NCBI GenBank assembly: GCA_013265495.1 | Contig: MU058065.1 | Coordinates: 10,395,720-10,459,719, forward strand | Origin: Vicugna vicugna | Lineage: Eukaryota | Length of the DNA stretch: 64,000 nucleotides | Direction: 5' to 3' | Shown: positions 52,268-63,724 of the stretch, one piece after another | How the letters are laid out: each line of letters opens with the position of its first letter | Position numbering within the stretch: position 1 is the stretch's first letter | The notes under the pieces: generated by a model | The model's database searches: none | What the model was told of the DNA's origin: nothing | What the model saw: the letters and a program-made list of their open reading frames with translations, nothing else | Made by a program: the position numbers and the translations under genes

Positions 52268-54020
52268 TCTTGTAGTAAAATATACATACTATAAAATTTA
52301 CCATTTTAATCACTTTTAAGTGATATAATTATGTGGCACTAAGTACATTCACATTGTTGTGCACTACTATCCATCACCAGAATTTGTTCTGTTTCCAAAC
52401 TGAATGTACCAATATTCTGTTGAGAATTTTTGCATCTCTGTTCATCAGTGATATTAGTCTGTCATTTTCTTATTTTGTGGTATTTTCGTCTGGATTTTGT
52501 ATCTGGGTGATGCTGGCATGTAGAATGAGTTCAGTGATACTCTTTCCTCTGCAAATTTTGGAATATTTTGAGAAGGATAGGTGTTAAATTTTCTTTAAAT
52601 GTTTGCTAAAATTCACCCATGAGGCCATCTGGTCCTGGACTTCTGTTTGTCAGGAGGTTTTTATTTTAATTACTGTTTCAGTTTTATTACGTAGCGGATC
52701 TGCTCATATTTTGTGTTTCTCCATGTTTCACTCTTCGGAAGTTGTATATTTCTAGGAATTTATCAATTTTTTCTAAGTTATCCATTTTATTGGTATGTAA
52801 TTTTTGATAGTAATTTTTTATGATCCTATGTATTTCTGTAGTGTCAGTTGTAAGTTATTCTCTTCTGTTTCTGATTTTATTGATTTGGGCTAGAGTCTCT
52901 CTTTTTTTCTTAATGAGTCTGGTTAAAGGTTTATCAATTTAAAAAAATCTTTTCAAAGAACCAACACTTAGTTTCATTGATCTTTCCTGTAGCTTTTTTA
53001 GTCTCTATTATTTCTTCACTGATGTTAATGATTTCTTTCCTTTTACTAACTTTTGGTTTTGTTTGTTTTTCCTTTTCTAGTTCTTTTAGGTATGAGGTTA
53101 AATTGTTTATTTCAGATTTTCATTATTTTCTGAGGTAAGTTCTAACTTTTCCTCTTAGAACTGCTTTTTCTGTGTTGCATAGACTTTAGATCATTGTATT
53201 TTAGTTTTCATTTGTCTCCAGATTTTTCAAATTTCTTCTTTGATTTCTTCAGTGATCCATTAGTTATGTAGTTGCTTATTGTTTAACCTCTATGTGTTTG
53301 TTTTGGGAATTTTTTTTTCTTGTAGTTGATTTCTAGTCTTGTAACATGTGGTCGGAAGAGATGCTGGATATGATTTTTTTTAAAAAAATGTATTGAGACT
53401 TGTTTTGTGGTCTAGTGTGTGATCTATCCTGGAGAATGTTCCATGTGCACTTGAAAAGTCTTGCTGTTTTTTGATGGACTATTCTTTATATATATATTAA
53501 GTTTATCTGATCATCTCATGTGTCATTTAAGATCAGTGTTTTCTTATTGATTTTCTGATGACCTATCGATGTAAGTGGAGTGTTTAAATCTACTATTATT
53601 GTATTACTGTCAATTTCTCTGTTTCTTTTTGTTAATATTTGTTTTACGTATTTAGGTTTTCCTATGTTTTGTGCTTATGTATTTGTAATTGTTATAATTT
53701 CTCTTTGGATTTATCCTTTGATCATTATGAAATGTCCTTCTTTGTCTCTTCTTACAGTCTTTGTTTTAAAGTCTATTTTGTCTGATATAAGTATTGGTAC
53801 ATGGCTTTATTTTGTTGCCACTTGCATGGAATACCTTTTTGCATCCTCTCAGTTTTAGTCTATGTGTGTCATTAGGTCTGAAATGAGTCTCTTGTAGGCA
53901 GCATATAAGTAGGTCATTTTCCCTTTTTTGTATCCATTCCACCATTCTGTATCATTTGATTGTAGCATTTAGTTCATTCATATTTAAAGTAATTATTGAT
54001 GGGTATTTACTTGTTGCTGT
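52268..54020 (-). mobile_element. L1: short 3' end (52268-52400) followed by an ORF2 5'-half fragment
   Basis: TTGAGAATTTTTGCATCTCTGTTCATCAGTGATATT, TTTTCAAAGAACCAAC, GGAGAATGTTCCATGTGCACTTGAAAAG and AAAGTCTATTTTGTCTGATATAAG are antisense ORF2 EN/RT-region motifs. Confidence 0.9.
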
Positions 54021-55404
54021 GATCATTTTTTTGAATCTGAAAATAGTCTTTCATACCTGGAATAAAACCAGCATTTTCTTGATGCACTATTTGCTTTCTC
54101 ATGTCACTGAATTTAATTTGCAATATTTTGTTTAGGAGTTTTACACCTCTATATATAATAGATTGTTAGGATTTATGTTTCTGCTCATTTATACATTACA
54201 TTTAGGACACCAAAGTAATGTAGGCATAATAAAATAATTTGTCAAATTTTCTTCTTTTATTCTCATCTTGGAGAATTTGTATATACTTGGTAGTATTTCT
54301 TCCTTAATTACATTGTTGAATTTATTGGTGAAGATATCTAGGCATGGAATGGTAAGCATGTGGATTTAAATGCTGATTCAAATTCTTTAATAGTTATAAA
54401 AATATTTTAAAATTCTATTTTTTGTGCTAGTGTCAGTATTTTTCTAGGATTTTGCAGTTTTATCTACATTTTCAAATTTCTTATATACAGTTATTAATAA
54501 TAACTTCATGATATTTTTATTTTTGCATGTCACATGTACATTTTGTGTGATACTTCTAATCAATATATATGAGAAAAAGTGAGATGTCTTTTCTAATGAT
54601 AATAAAAACTTAGTACTTTTATATGATTTTTCAAAGTGTTTTAATTTTCTGGCATCCAAAGTATTTTCTCTTATTGTTGAAAACAGCAGGAGTCTGGAGT
54701 GTTAATGAAAAAGTTTATGGAAGTTATAAAATATCATTTGTAGTATGTCATTTAATTAGCATAAACTAAAGTATTATATCATTTGTCAATACATACTTTT
54801 TGAAAAATCAATCTGAAGTTCTCAAATATGAGAGTGTAACAGAAAGAAGGCAGAAATTAGGCCTCACAAACTCTTTGTTGAAGTGCATTTATTTTGATCA
54901 TTAGTGTTGGCACAGTGTTTCCATGATCAGCCAATTTAGTATTACTTCTAATGATGTTATAATGTAAATTCAAAAATAATTATATGCTAATTTTAAATAA
55001 GTTGTTACTTATAAGTGAAAAGTAAAGTAGCATAAAATGAAATAATTTTCATTAGCAATAGAGATGAGCTAGATAACCTCACAAATAAAGTATATTGAAT
55101 CTTAGAATGCCTATAATGACTAACATTTAAATCCTATGTAATGGGTCATTGTGTTGTTATTATTTCTTAGTAGTAATAAAATACTCTCTTGGTTCTGAAG
55201 TAATGTCAATATTGGGTTGGTTGACAGTAAACTTTGCATTTATGTCACTTATTGAAGAAAGAATCTTCTTGTTTATTTTAAAATCTCTAAGAGATATTGT
55301 GGATATATACTCTTATATTTGAGATAAGTAAAGTTTGAATTGTCTCAGATAAAGGAAGATCCTACCTTAAATTTTGGCAATGTACAGGCTGTCCTAAGCC
55401 TCTT

Positions 55405-55490
55405 AGATGTATAGATATAGATATAGATATATAGATGTATAGATATAGGTATATATACATATACATATACATAGACACACAGACACACAC
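55405..55490. repeat. (TAGATA)n/(TA)/(CA) low-complexity repeat
   Basis: Seen directly. Confidence 0.85.
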
Positions 55491-55872
55491 TTAAGTTAAC
55501 ATTTATTAATCTCCATCTTCTTCTGAGGTCTTTTGAGAGCCTTGAGTGTTTCAATAATCTGAACAGATAATTTAGACAATACCAAATGCCACATGACGAA
55601 TTTAAGAGGTTAAGAAACAGAAATGGTTTAATTCTCCATATTCCACTACCTAAATTGTATTTGCTTATTCCTTTCTTGGTACTTGCTAAGGATCCTAGTC
55701 TATTATTTTATTTTTGGTATTGCCCGTATTAACAGTTAAGTAACACATTTTGGATATCTTTGAAGGAAAGGATATATTTTAAAAAATACTGTAACTCCTT
55801 TTAAATTGACCCTGGCATGCTACTGGTCAAGTTGGAGGTTTCACTGCACGTTTTCCTCAAATTAATATAAAA

Positions 55873-56128
55873 CAGTGGTTCCCAAATCTCTCAAGTCATG
55901 GCACCTTTAGAGTCTCGATATTTTTTCCTGAAAATCAAATAAAAACAAAACAAAAGGCTAACAATTCTGTTTATTAAGTAGTTCAATCCAAACAAGCTAA
56001 TGGTTGTAATTTGCACGATGTCCAATAGGTGTCACTGTTTTCCTCGGAATTTTTATATATCCCACAGTGCCCCTGTTAATTCATTGTGATGCTCTAGTGT
56101 ACTTTGGCACAAAATCTGAGAACTGCAG
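55873..56128 (+). mobile_element. hAT-Charlie-type MITE
   Basis: Starts CAGTGGTTCCCAAA and ends CTGAGAACTGCAG; 8-bp flanks ATATAAAA and TTTTAAAA fit the NTNTANAN target. Confidence 0.7.
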
Positions 56129-56245
56129 TTTTAAAAGTCATATACTGAACAGGGATTCTTTTTGAATTATTTGGTCCCTAGATAGCATCTTTTTTTCCCA
56201 GTAGGCAGCAACCTCTTTGCCCTATGCCGTAACCTGTGTCTGCAG

Positions 56246-56260
56246 TTTCCTCCGTTTAGG
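56246..56260 (+). other. Candidate 15-nt microexon (FPPFR in phase 0)
   Basis: TGCCGTAACCTGTGTCTGCAG|TTTCCTCCGTTTAGG|GTGAAT: upstream TGC motifs, GTAAC branch-like site, CAG acceptor and GTGAAT donor, with two CpGs retained in AT-rich unique sequence. Confidence 0.4.
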
Positions 56261-57499
56261 GTGAATAAATGATTTTTAATGTATATAATGGCTAAGAAGT
56301 TGGTAATGATGACTTCAATCATGGTTATTTTTAACTACTTACGTTTAATAGAAAAATAAAAATACTTCAAAAAGTTCAGTGGTTTTAGGGTAATTAGCAG
56401 AGAATAATAAAATGATTTGATAGGGCCATACAGTTTTGTCTAACTATGAGTAGGGCTTTAAATCTGGCTGCAGAATGTGGCTGTTGCAATCCAGTCTTTA
56501 TGTAGCTTCCCTGCTGAAGATTTAATTTGTTTGGTCTCTTGAGAAACACATTTGGCATTGTAATATGTTTTGCTTCCAGGTTCTATCTCCAACAATGATT
56601 TGAAAAAATTGTGCATGAATTTATTTCCAAGGAAAACTATTTTTCTTTTAGGGAATGATCTATATTCATTTTACAGAGGTAGAGAGTAAAACAATAATCA
56701 AATGTAGTTATTCAGCAAGTGAGGACATCATAGATCTTATACATGTGGTCATTTCATATGTAATTTTATTAATCACTATCCTTATGAGACAAGAAATTTG
56801 AGGAACCTTAACTAGGAAATAAAATGTGAGGATTTATATCAAAGAAATGTTTAACTATCTTATCCATTGTTAAGTATCTACATGGTGAATCATTGGAAAA
56901 TATTAAAAAAATGTTTGGGAATACACTAAATCAGGAATAGTTTTTCTCTTGATTTTTGTCTGGTTTCCACAGGCAACTTACCGTAGTCTCTTTGTGATTT
57001 TCATTTCTTGTTAAAATATATATAATTAATTAACTAAGTAGATTCATAGAGCTGAATGATACAATTGTGTTAAGAGATGCATTGGGACTCCATGTGACCT
57101 TATCAAGTGTGGTGAGTCATTCATTAATTCAGATAATAGAGCTTATTATAATAATCTTTTGCTATGCTAATACTGAGCATAACCACTTATTCATATTTGC
57201 ATATTGAGATAATATCATTTCATTAATTTTTGTACTGAACCTTAATCTTTGTAAGAGTAATTCTGAAAGCTTTAGGTGGCACTTATTTCAACTATGTATT
57301 TGTGTTCTATCTTCATACACACTTCACTAATTTATATACAGTTGAAACTTTCAATTGTAATATGCTCCTGCAGCAAGTCAACTAATTTAGACACTATTAA
57401 ACATATTAGGTAATTTATGTAAATGCCCAGCACAGTGCTTAGTATGCATAAAACATTCAAATCTGCCAAGTTCCTTTCCTGTCTTAATTTTTAATAGTT

Positions 57500-57790
57500 T
57501 TACATTCACCATTTTTTGTGTAACTGTTCTCACTTCTGTTTCAATCCTCGCAATCTGTTTTTCAGATAGCAACCAGAAGAAAGTTTCTAAACATAAACCA
57601 GATCATGTTACCCCACCCATCAAAATCTTTCAGTACTTTCCATCACAGTTAGAATGAAAGGAAAACAATTCACTCAAGAGCCTATAAAGCCTTCCATAAT
57701 CTAGCCCAGTTTATCCCTACAATTTCATGTACTCTCCCCAGCAGCCCCTTCCTTACTCCTCTCTAATCTCAGTGGCCTTTTTTGTAAGGT
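57500..57790 (+). mobile_element. L2 fragment (continues at ~58610-58800)
   Basis: TTTCTAAACATAAACCAGATCATGTTACCCC...AAAATCTTTCAGT...GCCTATAAAGCCTTCCATAATCTAGCCC. Confidence 0.75.
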
Positions 57791-57793
57791 AAA

Positions 57794-58608
57794 GTCACAT
57801 GACATATTCTATTGAGATATCATAAGCATTTTGTAAGCTCTCAAGATGGACGCATTGTGGACAAGGAAGGCAAATGCATATCGAGTGTGAAGTTTTTTTT
57901 TTTTCTGGAAAGGAATAATCACTATTTCCTCCATTGCAGAAGTGGTCATATTTAATTGACCTGTCACCAAGTGACTGAATGGACTTCCCAAGAAATAATG
58001 TTAGATGGAAGATTCTGCAACAGTCTCTACTGTTGTCAGATTGGGCATTTAGCAGTGGTAGCAACTAGATTAGCGTTGGTGAGGACAGAGTCATCCATGC
58101 ATAGTCTGTGATGACCACTTTGGTCATGAACTCATTATGAAAACACTGGAATAATCAACCTGTCTACCTTGTTGAAAAGATCTCCCATGGAAATGGATTC
58201 TCTTTGATGGAGGTAAACATTAGTTACACATATCTGCTTGCTTTGCATCCATTTCCATTTGATCAACCACAACCTCTCTCCCAGACTGTCTTAGCCCTGA
58301 TTTATCAGTCTTTTTTATTTGAGACCTCTGACCAGTGAGCTAAGTCACTGGCACAATCAAGAAAACAATATATATACATATCTGTACCTCTTGCTACTTC
58401 TCCTTCCATGCGAAGTGACTAGTGAGTTCACTATTCACCGCTCTGCCAGTTGGGAGGAATTACTGCTGACTCTAGGGCCAAACCTGAGCGGAGCTGAAAT
58501 GTGGCAGAGGTCTGTTTTGAGCTTCCATCAACATTTTGGGCTGTCTCATTTGTTGACCAGATCAACTCCTTTTCTCCTTTGACATTGCATATTAGGAACT
58601 TACCATAG
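57794..58608 (-). mobile_element. Decayed ERV-L pol fragment: RNase H to integrase core start
   Basis: Minus-strand translation gives GEKELIWSTNETAQ, VHDQSGH, LTNANLVATTAKCPI*QQ (HHCC zinc finger), VTW*QVN*I*PL and HTRYAFAFLVHNAS. These are colinear with recalled HERV-L Pol (EEKTRAWFTDGSAR, AHEQSGH, LTKADLATATAECPICQQ, ATWWQVDYIGPL, TYSGYGFAFPARNAS). Confidence 0.88.
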
Positions 58609-58684
58609 CACATTTCACCTTCTAACATCATATATTATTTGCTTATTTTTATTTATTGCTTTTCTCCTTCCAGTAAAATGTATT

Positions 58685-60521
58685 AAGGGTATTTGGTTTG
58701 TTGTTGTTGTTGTTGTTTTTGTTATTATTTTTAACTGATGGGTTTTCCTTGCCTAAAAAGTACTTGGGTTATAGCATGTGTTTAATAAATGTTTGTTAAA
58801 ATAATGGAGGAATATATGGACTCTGATTCATCCCACAGCTTCATTTTCTTCATAGCATTTATCAATTCTTAACTATTATAGTTTTTCTCTGTCTTCCCTC
58901 CTCCACTAAAATGTAAAATACACAAAAACTTGTTTACTTTGTTGGTTTTTAAAAATTCATTATTTTTAAAATTAAAGTATAGTCAGTTACAATGTGTCAG
59001 TTTCTGGTGTACAGAAAAATTTGTTTGCTTTGTTAAATCATTATCCCCAGCACTTATAAAAGTGCTTAGTTAAACAAATCTTCGTTAAATTAGTTAGCAA
59101 ATAAACCATGCTTTTCTTATTCCCTGACTGTATCACCAAGTAATACTTACACAGCACATGGTATATGATAGATGTTCATTGAAAACTTTGTGATACAAAA
59201 TGAATGCATCAATTCTAAGTAGCATCTGGACTGAAAGTAGCCACTCTCAGTACTGTTTTGGACTTCCAGCAGATAGAATTGAACTGAACCTAAAATGATG
59301 ACTTTGGCTCCTTAAATTTGTTTCTCGAGTAGGTGCAAAGGAAAATTTCAATCATTTATCAGCCTGAAAGATTGGAAAGGCTCATTTCCTTTATTTACAC
59401 ACAGCTTTTCTTTCTTTCTCTTTTTTTTAACATTTTTTTATTATTTTACAAAGACTAGGAATAGACTTACCATACGACCCAGTCATTCCGCTCCTGGGCA
59501 TGTTTCCAGAAGGAACCCTGCTTCAGAAAGACACCTGCACCCCAATGTTCATAGCAGCACTATTTACAATAGCCAAGACATGGAAACAGCCTAAATGTCT
59601 GTAAAGGGTATTTGGTTTGTTGTTGTTGTTGTTGTTTTTGTTATTATTTTTAACTGATGGGTTTTCCTTGCCTAAAAAGTACTTGGGTTATAGCATGTGT
59701 TTAATAAATCTTTGTTAAAATAATGGAGGAATATATGGACTCTGATTCATCCCACAGCTTCATTTTCTTCATAGCATTTATCACTTCATAACTATTATAG
59801 TTTTTCTCTGTCTTCCCTCCTCCACTAAAATGTAAAATACACAAAAACTTGTTTACTTTGTTGGTTTTTAAAAATTCATTATTTTTAAAATTAAAGTATA
59901 GTCAGTTACAATGTGTCAGTTTCTGGTGTACAGAAAAATTTGTTTGCTTTGTTAAATCATTATCCCCAGCACTTATAAAAGTGCTTAGTTAAACAAATCT
60001 TCGTTAAATTAGTTAGCAAATAAACCATGCTTTTCTTATTCCCTGACTGTATCACCAAGTAATACTTACACAGCACATGGTATATGATAGATGTTCATTG
60101 AAAACTTTGTGATACAAAATGAATGCATCAATTCTAAGTAGCATCTGGACTGAAAGTAGCCACTCTCAGTACTGTTTTGGACTTCCAGCAGATAGAATTG
60201 AACTGAACCTAAAATGATGACTTTGGCTCCTTAAATTTGTTTCTCGAGTAGGTGCAAAGGAAAATTTCAATCATTTATCAGCCTGAAAGATTGGAAAGGC
60301 TCATTTCCTTTATTTACACACAGCTTTTCTTTCTTTCTCTTTTTTTTAACATTTTTTTATTATTTTACAAAGACTAGGAATAGACTTACCATACGACCCA
60401 GTCATTCCGCTCCTGGGCATGTTTCCAGAAGGAACCCTGCTTCAGAAAGACACCTGCACCCCAATGTTCATAGCAGCACTATTTACAATAGCCAAGACAT
60501 GGAAACAGCCTAAATGTCTGT
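58685..60521. repeat. 919-bp near-identical tandem duplication (58685-59602 and 59604-60521)
   Basis: Direct comparison: constant offset of 919, with only three substitutions noticed. Confidence 0.97.
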
Positions 60522-60607
60522 CAACAGATGACTGTATAAAGAAGGTGTGGTATATTTATACAATGGAATACTATTCAGACATAAAAAAGACAGCATAACA
60601 ATATTTG
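60335..60607 (-). mobile_element. Small young L1 insertion with an inverted ORF2 segment and a 14-bp TSD (partial copy at ~59416-59602)
   Basis: T-rich antisense tail, then sense ORF2 C-terminus LGIDLPYDPVIPLLGMFP...[21 protein letters not shown]...WYIYTMEYYS; TSD CAGCTTTTCTTTCT (60321-60334) and CAGCTTTTATTTCT (60608-60621). Confidence 0.88.
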
Positions 60608-63600
60608 CAGCTTTTATTTCTAATCCTATCAATTTATTATTTGTGTTCTTACGATTCTTATTACTTTATTTTTTTTTGAAAAAAAAATGAAATCAACATC
60701 TTATGAAATGACCCAGGAGGATAGGAGGCTCCTTAGTTTACCCCACAGTTGGAAATAATTAAGTTCTTAGAGGAGACATTTTAAAAACATTGTATATTTT
60801 ATTATATGCATATCTTGAAGAGAAAATCTGGCAAGAGGGTGGCCATAGACAGTTTTTCCTGTCATTACTTGGAAGATGGATAGGGAGTTAATTTTCATTT
60901 TAGACAAATTATATTGAGATTTTGAATCCATCCTCTCCAAGTTTGGTTTGAAGGAATCTAATCTCATGGTATCATTTGAGGACAGCTCTATGAATATTTG
61001 CGACAAATGAATCTTTTATTTGCCTTGAAAATTATGATTCAGTTTGATGAAATGAGAAAATTTCTGGATGATGTTTAATCACTACTGTCATGTAAGAGCT
61101 TAGCTGTCAGCAGGATGCTGCGACACCTAGAGTTAGTCACTTCAGCTGAGAGAGGATCCACACAGTTTCTAATAGCTTGTGAAGCTGTAACTTGATATTC
61201 TGGCTCATTTAATAGATTTGTTGTCTTTCGTGTTCTATCTGCTTTTATATATTTGAAACTAGCCTAAATAATATTTTGAATATCTTAAGCTACTTTATTC
61301 TTTATACTACCATGTTTTAAAAAGTGAATGCAGAAATATATTGCCAAAATTTTAAAAGGCCTTAACTATTGATTAACATGAACATAATTTTAAACATAAA
61401 GCTTAACGAGATATTTGTTAAATCAATCAACATGTGATTTGCAGATGCTGTATGCCCAGGCTTGTCCTGGGTACTGTGACATTATCAGTAATCTATAGTT
61501 CATGTCCTCTACCCCTGAGGAATTTTCTCCCTAGACGGGGAGAGAAAACTAACAGGAGGGAAGAAACTGTGTTGCAATACTGGGTAGTGCATGGGACATA
61601 CTTACTTGTGAATGTGTGAGCCAGAGACTAAGGTCTGTAGCACTGACTTTAAGTGTAGTGATTAGATGAAGGAATTTATTTTACTTTTTCCTCTTTATTT
61701 TCCAGGAACTTTTTGATATCCTTTCATTCCATTTTTCAAATTGCATTCTAACTAGTACATTGTTCCTTAGCAAAATTTAGATTTTAATCCAATTGGTCAT
61801 AAATTGCTTTCAAATTAAATGTCATTCTTTTACATTTTTTTCTACTCAATATTTTTCAATATTTTGACAAAAATTTAGAAAATATTCCTATTAACTTTGT
61901 ACACACCACATAAAAGTGTGATTTTTACATTTGATAACAAATGTTATTGTAACAATGGCAGGCAGTTTGCAGAGATTTAAGTCACAAGTACAAATTTAAC
62001 AGCTGTAAGGGTAAGTTCTGTAGTTGTTTACAAAATAGCAACTTTACATGTAAATAAAGGAGAACTTTTCTTAAAGATAGCACTGTGAAAAAGAATTAAA
62101 CCTTATGACTTAATTCAATCTTAGATGATATATTGTGGCCAAGAAAAAGATGTTATGCAAATTGAAATAAAATATTTAGAATAATGAGGAGGAGAACTCC
62201 CCTCCAGATATGTTAAGCCATAAGTCTTAAGTTTGAGTACGAACACTCTACTTTCAAAAAAACATAGTAAATAGGACTATTTTTACAGGGACTTAATACT
62301 GTATCACAAAATGAATGGTTGAGAGAAATATTGGTATACAGCTTGGACAAGATAAAATTACAGAGGACTCAGTATTGAACTAGGATTTCGGACCATATCA
62401 GAGCAGGAAATGTTCAAAGGATGAGCCGAATGAGAAAAAATGATGGGAGTGGTCCCTAGGGGTTTTCAAGAACAAGGCACAACCAAATGCTAGATCTATT
62501 GTAGAAGAGATTTAAACAATGTTTAATTAGTTGAAATAAATGTCCTTAGATACTTTCCAATTATGAAATTCAGTGATTCTATCATGCCTTTAATATATGT
62601 CTCTTTAATTAACCCCATCACAATTCTTATATCAAAATTTCATTGATTTTTTATATTTAATTTACTTTTTATTATTTTAGCATAACATCATCAAACTGTT
62701 TTTTTAAAAACTGTGGTTTCATGGTATAATATTAATACAGTCTATTAATATATGCATTATATGCATTAATGCACATGATGAAAATTTAATTACTTTTAAA
62801 ATTTAACTTCCAATCTTTCTTTACCTTAACACTTGAGACAGTCTAGATTTTCTAATCACAGATTTTTAAACCGACAATTTAAATTCTTTCTTTTCTTAGC
62901 CTATTTTTTCTCCCCACACCCTTTGACTTCATATTCAACTACCCTGTAAGACCCATATTAAATTACATAATTTCCAGAAAACCTCTGGTGATACTGACTG
63001 GCACTACATGAATTTTTTGTTTGTCTGTTTCTGAATTTCTACCATACTTACTGAAGCATCAGTATCTCCTTTTTACTTTCATGTGAGGACCCATAAAGAA
63101 AGAAATATCCTGTAAGAAAAGAAATAAATAATAAATTTCTCCTGAACAGATGCTACTGACAAACCTGGGAATGACTGTAACTTCAAAATAATCTATAGAA
63201 GGGCTCTACCTGCCACTGGAGCGGCTTCTGCTGGAAATCAGTGATTATAGATGTTTCCAGGGTCCGATCACAGTCCATCCTAGTTCCTTCAGACATTCCA
63301 CCTTGAGACAATTGATTCTCAATGAATAATGATCAATTGCTTTCACCAAAGGTTTGAGAAATGATGCCCTAACTTACATGAAAGGGAACTATATCATGTC
63401 TGCTTTGATAAAATAGCCGTACCTGGCTGCAGTATGGTCACCACTACTGAAGAATCTTTGACAAATTTATAGCTTATTTCAAGCACTTGTGCCTGCAAAT
63501 TCACTGCAGAAAGAAGATCATTTAGTGTCATTTGATATCATCCCAGTTATATTAAACTACTCTTACTTCTGCAGAATATTTTCAGTCTATAGAAATGAAG

Positions 63601-63724
63601 AAAGAGAAGATAGATTCAGATTTTGGTCAGCTATGGTTGTCCAGTGCTACCCCAGACCAGATTTCTAAAGTTGCAGGCCTTTCTCTTTTCAAATATAAAT
63701 TAAAGGATTTAGTTACATGTGTAG

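Noticed and set aside
60700..61060. Possible coding exon or RT remnant (ORF 60767-61006)
   Set aside because: No convincing motif series or splice-site pair was found.
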